A DNA stretch of 47,052 nucleotides from an uncultured Rhodoferax sp. (GTDB taxonomy: Bacteria > Pseudomonadota > Gammaproteobacteria > Burkholderiales > Burkholderiaceae_C), in assembly GCA_964654655.1 (NCBI GenBank), contig CAZZLB010000001.1:1-47052 (forward strand). Direction: 5' to 3'. The notes beneath the pieces are model-generated. The model was given only the letters and a program-made list of their open reading frames with translations, was not told where the DNA came from and did not search any database. Shown one piece after another: positions 37,716 to 45,492 of this stretch. A program made the position numbers and the translations under genes. The stretch's first letter is position 1, and each line of letters opens with the position of its first letter.

Positions 37716-39671
37716 ATGAGTGGAACAACAGCAATGATTATGAATGATCCAGTCGCACTCGCGCCAATTTCACCGGCCGTTCAGCTTGCTATCCGTGGTC
37801 TGGACAATCTGACCAACAACATGGTTGGAGGCGGCCTCTATGTTTTGATTGCCGAAACACCATCAGCCCGTTTTCCCATATTGGCCGGCAGTCTTGGCAA
37901 AGCGTTGAAGGACGGCCTGTCTTGCACGGTTATCGTTCCTTCCAATCCTGAATCTTTCATTCAGCGGGTCGAGTCATTTGACAAATCGATCACGTCGGAC
38001 TTGATCACAAACAAGCGACTTCAATTGTTTGTCATGCAGGATGATTTTTCCAAGACCGTATTTCGATACGGTGCGGAAGGGTTTGTCAAGGAACTGGATC
38101 ACTTTGAAATACCGGAGAGCAGTTATCTGATCTTTGACCAGGCCGACGAGTTACTCAGCTTGCACGACGTCTCATTGTCGATGGACCAGGTGGATGTGAT
38201 TGGCAAGTGGTTGCACGAGCGACAAATTACAGCTCTGCTCGTCTTTTCGCGCGTCACAGAAGCCCACTCCAGCACCATCAATGCGATGATGGACAGTTTG
38301 ACAGGGATTACCCGGCTGGGCGGAAACCGCGATGGCCTGGAGTTGACTTTCGACTACTGGCAGTCGCCTGACGGCACGGTGGCGGCGAAGAACTACCGAC
38401 TGATCACGCTGGAGTCCGGCCTCTATGAAGCCAGTACAAAGATCGTCGTTCAGGACCAACCGGTGAGCAGTGTCAACAGCGAACCAACGTTGGAGGCTGA
38501 TGACGCCGAACCGCACTTCTTTTACATGGACCCGGACCTGAACAGTGTGGCCAAACAGATGCCTGGCGTATGGGAACGGGTTGACACATTGGTGGGTATG
38601 ATGCATGCGACCCGCACCACCCGCTCCGGCACCGCGATTCTGCGGTTTCAGCCCGATACGAGCGTGCGACAGCTATCTGAGACAGTGCATACCCTGAGAC
38701 TCAGTCTGGGACACCGAGCACATATCGTGGTGCAGGAAAAAGGCGCTTCGCTGCGCTACCAAAACGAGGCATTGCTGCTACGCTTGGGCGCCAATCTGGT
38801 TGTGCACAAAGATGTTCCCACCAGCCGCCTGCCACTGCTGCTCGAGTCATTGCGTGGACAAATCTTCAGCCGCGACGTCAACATCAATTTTGAGGCGGCA
38901 CTGTCCAGTGTCACCCCCAGCAGGTTGCGGGGCTATGTTCTTCCAGCGCGCTTCGTCCGTGAAGTTACCTTGATTCTGGACCGAGCAGAGACACTCAGCG
39001 TCCCGTACGCCCTGGTCATCGGCAAGCCAACGCAGAGCACGACCATGGTCGATGTCCTGATGCGTGCCAAACTGTCCCGATCCGGCGATCTGATCACCGC
39101 GGACGGCAGCTACTGTTACCTGTTCCTCAGCGCCTGTCCGCAGACTGTACTTCTCGCGACACTGGAGAGAATCCTCGGCGGTCCGCTCGATGCGTCTTTT
39201 CTGGCGCCGCGATTTCTGGTGCAACGCGCCGAGGTTGAGGCCGAGTTGGCAGCCCTGACACGCGCAGTGGATTTGGGAGACCTGCCTGACTATTCATCCT
39301 TAAGCGAAGCCGCAGAGCCTGTCGAAGCTGCACGTGCCGGCGCGCCGGTGGGACAAACGCTCGCGGTGCAGACCGAATCGCTGCACGATGCGCCTGACAC
39401 GGCTCCATCCTCTGCGGTCCCTGGTGTCTCCGAGCCACAGGAGTCCAAGTTCAGCGACGTCGCCCCACCTGCCTCAAGAACCAGACCGATCATTGCCAGT
39501 GTGATCAAGACACCGGAAGTGGCGGTGAATGCTGCACCGATAGAAATCACGAAAGCTGGCGTACCGATTTTCGGCAAGAATGACGTGCCGAGGGCAAAGC
39601 GCAGTTCACCCCCGGCTGGCGCGGCGACTCCACCCAAGAGCAGCACGCCGTCCAACGACGCTGACCCTTGA
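37716..39671 (+). CDS. bcsE: c-di-GMP-binding cellulose biosynthesis protein BcsE
   Basis: Degenerate RecA-like N-domain (LAIRGLD..GGLY), REC-like middle (LRYQNEALLLRLGANLV), GIL domain with RSGD (RxGD) and YLFLSAC, and a Pro/Ala-rich tail. Start uncertain (37716/37734/37740). Confidence 0.87.
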   Translation: MSGTTAMIMNDPVALAPISPAVQLAIRGLDNLTNNMVGGGLYVLIAETPSARFPILAGSLGKALKDGLSCTVIVPSNPESFIQRVESFDKSITSDLITNKRLQLFVMQDDFSKTVFRYGAEGFVKELDHFEIPESSYLIFDQADELLSLHDVSLSMDQVDVIGKWLHERQITALLVFSRVTEAHSSTINAMMDSLTGITRLGGNRDGLELTFDYWQSPDGTVAAKNYRLITLESGLYEASTKIVVQDQPVSSVNSEPTLEADDAEPHFFYMDPDLNSVAKQMPGVWERVDTLVGMMHATRTTRSGTAILRFQPDTSVRQLSETVHTLRLSLGHRAHIVVQEKGASLRYQNEALLLRLGANLVVHKDVPTSRLPLLLESLRGQIFSRDVNINFEAALSSVTPSRLRGYVLPARFVREVTLILDRAETLSVPYALVIGKPTQSTTMVDVLMRAKLSRSGDLITADGSYCYLFLSACPQTVLLATLERILGGPLDASFLAPRFLVQRAEVEAELAALTRAVDLGDLPDYSSLSEAAEPVEAARAGAPVGQTLAVQTESLHDAPDTAPSSAVPGVSEPQESKFSDVAPPASRTRPIIASVIKTPEVAVNAAPIEITKAGVPIFGKNDVPRAKRSSPPAGAATPPKSSTPSNDADP

Positions 39672-39717
39672 TGATGTGCCGCTCACGCAGTGTCTATGCG
39701 CAGTTATCTATGCAACA

Positions 39718-41181
39718 ATGACACAGGAAATCAACAGTGGCTCGACTCTTATGAAATCTTCCCCTGGTCTACCCACCCTCACATCAGTCCTGGCACCATT
39801 GCTGCTCTTGCAGACACTGCCGACAGCTGCACTGGCACAAACCACGGATTTTTCACCCAGTGCCGCTGGCGCTCGCCCGGGCATCAACACGCCTTCAGTC
39901 GAACCGCTGATCCTGGCGCCATTCAAGTACATCGCACCAACCGGCACGGACAGCACCACCAGGAGCACGGTGCCGACCGAGCCTGAGAAACCCAAGCGCA
40001 AGGCGAGCCAGCAACGAATCATCGATCTCAATGCCGCTGGCGACTACCAAGCTGTCGGCACGGAGGGTTTGGCTTTGATGGCCAGGGAAAAGCCGGATGA
40101 TGAGTTGCAACTGATTGTTGCCAACAGCCTGGCCTGGACGGGCCGGTTGAACGAGGCAATCCCGGCGTATCAGAATTTGCGAGCCGGGCCATATGCCGAC
40201 CAGGCCTCGGTCGGTCTGGCGAGTATCTATCACTGGCGAGGTCGCGACGACCAGGCGCTCCCTTTGTACCGTGCGGTGCTGGCGAACGATCCGGGCAACA
40301 GCAGTGCCCTTGAAGGTCTGGATCTGGCAACTCGCGAGACCAGTCCGCGCACGCTTCTGAGCTTCGGCAGAGGAGGCGATTCATCCGACGATGAGCGCCG
40401 TTCCACAACCCTCAGCCACCGTTGGCGCGACAGCAGCGGGGTCCATGTGATGGAGGTTGAAACCAGTCTCGTGACCGACTCTTTGCCAGGTGTGGAAACG
40501 AGCCAGCAGGATCTGACCTTCAGATACCAGCATGTCGGTCTTGCACTGAAACCCGCGCTTGAGTTGAGTATGCCAACCAAGGACGACAATTCTTTGTACG
40601 CCAGCGTTCGCATCAAACTTTTTGACGACAAAGTGACTCTCAGCGCGGGCCGCGTCAACTGGGGCCGCATGGCAAGCAATCCAAATGCGTTGGCGCTGCA
40701 CCTTTCTGCAATGCATGTAGGTATCAATGCAGCAAAGGATTACACCTTTGGCAATTTGTCGGCTCGATTTAACTTCTACGACGTCTCCGATGACAACACG
40801 GTCTGGACAAGCAACCTGCACCTATCGTCCACTTGGAGACCTTTTGGCAAGAATTTCAAGCCATTTGCCGGTCTGGAGACACGCAGCGCCGCATTGCTCA
40901 CGCCGAACTATTGGGCGCCGACGCAGGGATCTGGCACCCTCTATGGCGGTTTGCTCGGCGAGTGGGGCGCCGCCAGTTGGATCCTTTATGGCTCCGCTCA
41001 GGTCGGTCTGCGGCTCTATGGCGACGCAGGGACCAGTTGGAGTCTGTCTGCCGGCGGAAAGTACTGGGTTAGCAGCAATGTCGCCGTGAGTGTCAACTTG
41101 TGGTCACTTGACAGTTGGCGAGACAACGCATCCTACAAAGCTCAAGCTGCAACGATTAATCTGGAAAAGCTTTGGAGATAA
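39718..41181 (+). CDS. TPR-containing outer-membrane beta-barrel, putative polysaccharide export porin (PgaA/YaiO-like architecture)
   Basis: Signal peptide ending ALA, TPRs (ANSLAWTGRLNEAIPAY; GLASIYHWRGRDDQALPLY..DPGN), beta-strand-rich C-half with NYWAP, ends LEKLWR. Start 39718 or 39751. Confidence 0.7.
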   Translation: MTQEINSGSTLMKSSPGLPTLTSVLAPLLLLQTLPTAALAQTTDFSPSAAGARPGINTPSVEPLILAPFKYIAPTGTDSTTRSTVPTEPEKPKRKASQQRIIDLNAAGDYQAVGTEGLALMAREKPDDELQLIVANSLAWTGRLNEAIPAYQNLRAGPYADQASVGLASIYHWRGRDDQALPLYRAVLANDPGNSSALEGLDLATRETSPRTLLSFGRGGDSSDDERRSTTLSHRWRDSSGVHVMEVETSLVTDSLPGVETSQQDLTFRYQHVGLALKPALELSMPTKDDNSLYASVRIKLFDDKVTLSAGRVNWGRMASNPNALALHLSAMHVGINAAKDYTFGNLSARFNFYDVSDDNTVWTSNLHLSSTWRPFGKNFKPFAGLETRSAALLTPNYWAPTQGSGTLYGGLLGEWGAASWILYGSAQVGLRLYGDAGTSWSLSAGGKYWVSSNVAVSVNLWSLDSWRDNASYKAQAATINLEKLWR

Positions 41182-42539
41182 AAAAAGCCGGGCGCTATGC
41201 ATGGCGCTATGGCTGGGCCGCCTTGGCCGTGGGCGTTGTCGTCATGCTGCTGGCTTTAAGCTATGACGCAGTCCAGGACGCCCGGGGCTCCCTGATGATT
41301 TTGCTGCAAAACTGGTTGCTCGCGGCGGTCACGACCTACCTGCTGATCTTTCTGGTCCTGCTGATATTCCGCTTTGCCATGTTGATCCTTTATTCCTTCA
41401 TGGATCACCTGGAGTCTTTGTACAAGGGGCGTGGTAAATCCACTGTGAGGTACCGCGAAGACAGTTCCCTGCCGATGATCTCACTGGTTGTACCGGCCTA
41501 CAACGAGGGCCCTGTCATTCAGGCGGCATTGCGATCCCTGTTGGCCCTGGACTATCCCAGCTACGAAATTATCGTGGTCGACGATGGGTCGACCGACGAT
41601 ACTTATGAAAAGGCGATGGTGGTGGCACGTGAAAGCGTCGACGTGGAGGTCCGCATCATTACCAAACGCAATGGCGGCAAAGCGGACGCCCTCAATACAG
41701 GCATGACATTGGCACGCGGCGAGTTTGTCCTGAACATGGACGGCGACACCAAGCTGTCCGCGAACACCTTGAGAGCCTGTATCCGCCATTTTGAGAATCC
41801 GAAGGTTGGCGCTGTTGCAGGCAACGTCAAAGTGATCAACCGGGAAAACATGTGGACGCGAATCCAGGCTCTGGAATACGTCGAGGGACTCGCCATGGCG
41901 CGCAAGGCGCAAAGTTTTGGGCGGGTGGTCAACATCATTCCAGGACCGCTGGGCATGTTCCGAAAGTCAGTGTTGCAGCAAGCAGGGGGCTACGATCGCG
42001 ATACTTTTGCCGAGGACTGCGACCTGACCCTCAAATTGTTGATGCGAGGGTGGCACATTGAGTACGAACCGGCTGCCGTCGCCTGGGTCGAAACGCCGAG
42101 TCGCCTGCTGGACCTGCTCAAACAGCGCTATCGCTGGACGCGTGGCATTTTGCAGGCAACAAGCAAACATAGTCAGGCTCTTTGGCAACCACGCAAGGCT
42201 GGAATCAATTGCTACATTCTTTGGTACATGCTTTTTGAAGGCGTGATGTGGCCATTTTCAAATCTTCTTGGCAACCTTTTCTTTATTTTTGTCGGTTTGC
42301 AATACGACCTGTCCAACTTGCTCTTCTACTGGTGGCTGCAACTCATGGTCCTGGACGTCGTCGCCGCAGCCTATTGCGTCGTCATCGAGGAAGAAGAGCC
42401 TTCGCTAATTTTCTTTGCTGTCGTATTCCGGTTGTTTTATATTAATATCATCGATGTTTCCAAAGTTTTTGCGACCATTGAAGAGTGGCGTGGCCACACA
42501 ATGACCTGGGGCAAACTGGAGCGAGAAGGAAAACTCTGA
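41172..42539 (+). CDS. Processive GT2 polysaccharide synthase (PgaC/IcaA-like)
   Basis: VPAYNE, VDDGSTD, NGGKADALN, MDGD, AEDCD and QRYRW all intact. TMs on both sides. No PilZ domain. Confidence 0.9.
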   Translation: MEIKKAGRYAWRYGWAALAVGVVVMLLALSYDAVQDARGSLMILLQNWLLAAVTTYLLIFLVLLIFRFAMLILYSFMDHLESLYKGRGKSTVRYREDSSLPMISLVVPAYNEGPVIQAALRSLLALDYPSYEIIVVDDGSTDDTYEKAMVVARESVDVEVRIITKRNGGKADALNTGMTLARGEFVLNMDGDTKLSANTLRACIRHFENPKVGAVAGNVKVINRENMWTRIQALEYVEGLAMARKAQSFGRVVNIIPGPLGMFRKSVLQQAGGYDRDTFAEDCDLTLKLLMRGWHIEYEPAAVAWVETPSRLLDLLKQRYRWTRGILQATSKHSQALWQPRKAGINCYILWYMLFEGVMWPFSNLLGNLFFIFVGLQYDLSNLLFYWWLQLMVLDVVAAAYCVVIEEEEPSLIFFAVVFRLFYINIIDVSKVFATIEEWRGHTMTWGKLEREGKL

Positions 42540-42540
42540 C

Positions 42541-42774
42541 ATGGATCTTATTGGCATCCTGGCGTCCGTCATCCTGATCACCACCATTGGCACGATGGTG
42601 GTTGGGGTAGTCGCCTATGCTGCGTTCAAACTGCGCGACAAGCGCAAGCCTGGCAACAGCCGGGCCGACGACACGATGAATGTCGGCGGCCCCCTCAAGC
42701 CCGTTTTCCTGGAACGCTATGTTCCTGGCGTCACGACCGAAACTGCAGATCAACCCGCACTTGATGACCGATGA
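42541..42774 (+). CDS. Small single-TM membrane protein
   Basis: 77 aa, hydrophobic N-terminus followed by KLRDKRKP. Fills the gap exactly (1-nt gap upstream, ATGA overlap downstream). Confidence 0.75.
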   Translation: MDLIGILASVILITTIGTMVVGVVAYAAFKLRDKRKPGNSRADDTMNVGGPLKPVFLERYVPGVTTETADQPALDDR

Positions 42775-44666
42775 AACGCCGTCCGACCATGCACGACGTT
42801 TCCGTGCAAGCGCCGGTCTCTGAACCTGGCACGGACCGGTCGATCTTTCGCCGTCTTGGAACCTACCTGCCAACCATTGTTATTCTGAGCTTTGCGGTCC
42901 CCATGATCATTTACGTGGGGTTCATGCAGCGACTGGGCTGGACCGTGCCAGTGATTGGTGTCAACGGTGGGCCGTCCTACATGACACATTCGAGTTCGAC
43001 CGTCATTCTCTACACATCTGCCAGTAGCAAGACCTATTTTGCCGGCCTTGGTGGAAACTATGATGTGCTGCTGGCCCCTTGGCGCAACTATTTCTTGAGT
43101 CGCAAGGTTGACTTCAAGGAAATTCAAAGTGTCTCACAGCTTCGCAGGGAGCAAAGTGGCGTACTGGTCTTGCCATCGGCTGTTGCGCTCAGCGATGAAG
43201 AACGCGCTGAACTGCTGGCATTTCGATCCAAGGGCGGCGCCATCCTATGCACCTGGGCAACCGGAACGCGTGACGGCAAGGGCGGCTGGCAAGGCTGGCA
43301 GTTCCTGCAAAATCTGGGGGCCAGGGTTATCGGTGAAATCCCCGCCTCGTCCGGTGTCAACAACCTCGTTTTGACGGGTGAATCACCGGTCTCGCACACT
43401 CAGAGCGCAGGGCAGAGAATTACCCTGACCAAAACATCAGAAGCCCTGCTACGAGCTACGGGCGAGGTGGTCGCCGGACGTTTCATGAACTTGGCACGCA
43501 TTACCGATGACGAAAGGCGCAGCGAAGGAGCCGTCATTTTCACCGAGACGAGGGAGAGCTTTGGACGTGTTGCTTTTTTTGCCTTCGCCGAATCCGGCTG
43601 GGAAGCCCAGACCCTTGGAACCTACGATCTGATTACAGATACCCTGCAATGGCTGCGCCGCGAACCGGCCATCATTCGAGGTGCCTGGCCAAATGGCAGG
43701 CGCGCTGCCCAGGTGATCGAAATGGACGTCGAAGAGGGCTTCACCAACGCTGCTGCATTTGCTTCGATGATGAAATCCATTGACTATCGAAGCACTTTCT
43801 ACGTCACGACATCGGTAGCCAAACTGTTTCCGCAGGTTATGACACAGTTGGCACGTGACTTTGAGATTGGCTACCTTGGCGACACACAAAACAGTTTCAA
43901 AGGTCAGCCGCCAGCCATCCAGGAGCAGCGCTTGCGAACCATGCAAGGCGAACTGTCCTCCGTGCTGTTGGACCTGAAGGGGGTCACCGGTTTTCGCGCG
44001 CCGACCGAGGGGTACGACGCAGCCACTGAATTGCTGCTGCCAAAACTTGGTATCCAGCACCATGCCGCGGGTCCAGACAGAAGCGGGGGTCGCCTGCCCC
44101 TGCTACTGCCAGCGGAGGGTGTTGCGGCCACAGAATCCCTGGTTGTGCTGCCCCGAACCCAACGTGATGACTCCAGCCTGTACCAGGAAAAATTGACAGC
44201 CGAGCAGACAACCAAAGCGCTGATTGATGATTTCGATCTGTCCCTCGATACCGGCTCGATGGGCTGGCTGAGCGTGCACAACCGGAATTTCTCAGCCGAC
44301 AGCGTCATGGTTGCCGCCATGCCTGGCTACCTCGATCATCTAAAGCAGCGCCGTGCGCCAGTCTGGCTGGCGTCCGCCGCAGAGGTAGCCAATTGGTGGC
44401 GCGAGAGGGAACGTTTCAAACTTTCGTCAAGCAGCAACGGCAAACGCGTTGAATTCAATATCACCATCACAGGTCAGCAGCCCTTCAAGGGAGCCACTGT
44501 CATTGTCACAACACCGCAAAAAGGCGTTCAGACAATGGTTGACGGGACGAAAGTCAACATGTCGAAACCGACCGTTTCAAAAATTGACGACTACCGGGCC
44601 GCTGTCATATTCGATTCTCTGGCGCCCGGCAACTACGGCTACCAGGTTACTTTTTCATCGAAGTGA
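42771..44666 (+). CDS. Polysaccharide deacetylase (CE4/NodB)-like protein with N-terminal TM and GATase-like domain, paralog B
   Basis: VLVLPSAVAL..FRSKGGAILCTW, EMDVE, STFYV, GFRAPTEGYD, VVLPRTQRDD, LSVH, WLAS..EVANWW. Colinear with 35827-37674. Confidence 0.82.
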   Translation: MKRRPTMHDVSVQAPVSEPGTDRSIFRRLGTYLPTIVILSFAVPMIIYVGFMQRLGWTVPVIGVNGGPSYMTHSSSTVILYTSASSKTYFAGLGGNYDVLLAPWRNYFLSRKVDFKEIQSVSQLRREQSGVLVLPSAVALSDEERAELLAFRSKGGAILCTWATGTRDGKGGWQGWQFLQNLGARVIGEIPASSGVNNLVLTGESPVSHTQSAGQRITLTKTSEALLRATGEVVAGRFMNLARITDDERRSEGAVIFTETRESFGRVAFFAFAESGWEAQTLGTYDLITDTLQWLRREPAIIRGAWPNGRRAAQVIEMDVEEGFTNAAAFASMMKSIDYRSTFYVTTSVAKLFPQVMTQLARDFEIGYLGDTQNSFKGQPPAIQEQRLRTMQGELSSVLLDLKGVTGFRAPTEGYDAATELLLPKLGIQHHAAGPDRSGGRLPLLLPAEGVAATESLVVLPRTQRDDSSLYQEKLTAEQTTKALIDDFDLSLDTGSMGWLSVHNRNFSADSVMVAAMPGYLDHLKQRRAPVWLASAAEVANWWRERERFKLSSSSNGKRVEFNITITGQQPFKGATVIVTTPQKGVQTMVDGTKVNMSKPTVSKIDDYRAAVIFDSLAPGNYGYQVTFSSK

Positions 44667-45443
44667 AAGTACGTCATGGCGGAGTCCGGTTTCCGCTGAT
44701 TTGCTCCAGTCGATCAGCCAGCGGGCCAGTCGCGTGATATCCTGGCTTGCCCTGCAGGCGCTGTCGTACATCAGCAGAGGCTGCTCAAAAGCCAGCGCTT
44801 CTGCAGCAGCCGCTGCCCTATGCACTCCAATTGGCACCAAACTGCGTCCGTAGTCGGCCTGCAACGCAGCACGAACTTGCACACACAACTGGCTTTCATC
44901 GGAAACCTGATTGACCAGCAAATTCAAACCACAAAAATCGTCGCGCGCCCTGGTGTACTCGTTCACCAGCGCAAAGAGTCTGGGAATCGTGGCGAATGAG
45001 GCTGCGTCGGATAGCACGACGCCGATGGCCAGATGAGCGGTCATCAAGGCCTGCCGCAGAAAGACAGACGAACCCGGCGGCGTATCCAGCACGACAAAAT
45101 CGATGGCGTACCGTTCGAGCGACGCAATTCGATCAAGAATCCAGGTGGGATGTTGTTTGAGGACGGTCTCAAACTCTTCAAGCTCCGTCTTTTGCGCGGT
45201 ACCAAACGGAATGAACGTGACGCCAAACGGACTCCTGAAACTCGATCCTGGTGAGATCCCGTCGCGCACAACGCCTGCAATATCGAGAGGATCCATCGCC
45301 AAGTGCAAACGCAAAGCGTTTTGCATGTCCAGATCGATCAGCAAGACCTTTTTGCCTTGCTGGGCCAGCGCAATCGCGACATTGGCCGCCAGCGTGGTCT
45401 TTCCGACTCCGCCCTTGCCGGAGATAAAGGCGACAACTTTCAT
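44655..45443 (-). CDS. bcsQ: BcsQ/YhjQ-family ATPase, copy 3
   Basis: SGKGGVGKTT, IDLDMQNALRLHL, LDTPPG, DAASFATIP. Close in sequence to copy 2. Confidence 0.88.
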   Translation of the reverse strand: MKVVAFISGKGGVGKTTLAANVAIALAQQGKKVLLIDLDMQNALRLHLAMDPLDIAGVVRDGISPGSSFRSPFGVTFIPFGTAQKTELEEFETVLKQHPTWILDRIASLERYAIDFVVLDTPPGSSVFLRQALMTAHLAIGVVLSDAASFATIPRLFALVNEYTRARDDFCGLNLLVNQVSDESQLCVQVRAALQADYGRSLVPIGVHRAAAAAEALAFEQPLLMYDSACRASQDITRLARWLIDWSKSAETGLRHDVLSLR

Positions 45444-45492
45444 GGCGACCGACCTATCACATCATTAAATGTACTGGCAACATCACGCCGGC

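Noticed and set aside
41180-41186. A7 tract at the start of the GT2 synthase as a phase-variation site
   Set aside because: The tract is short and the frame is intact, so there is no evidence of slippage from a single sequence.
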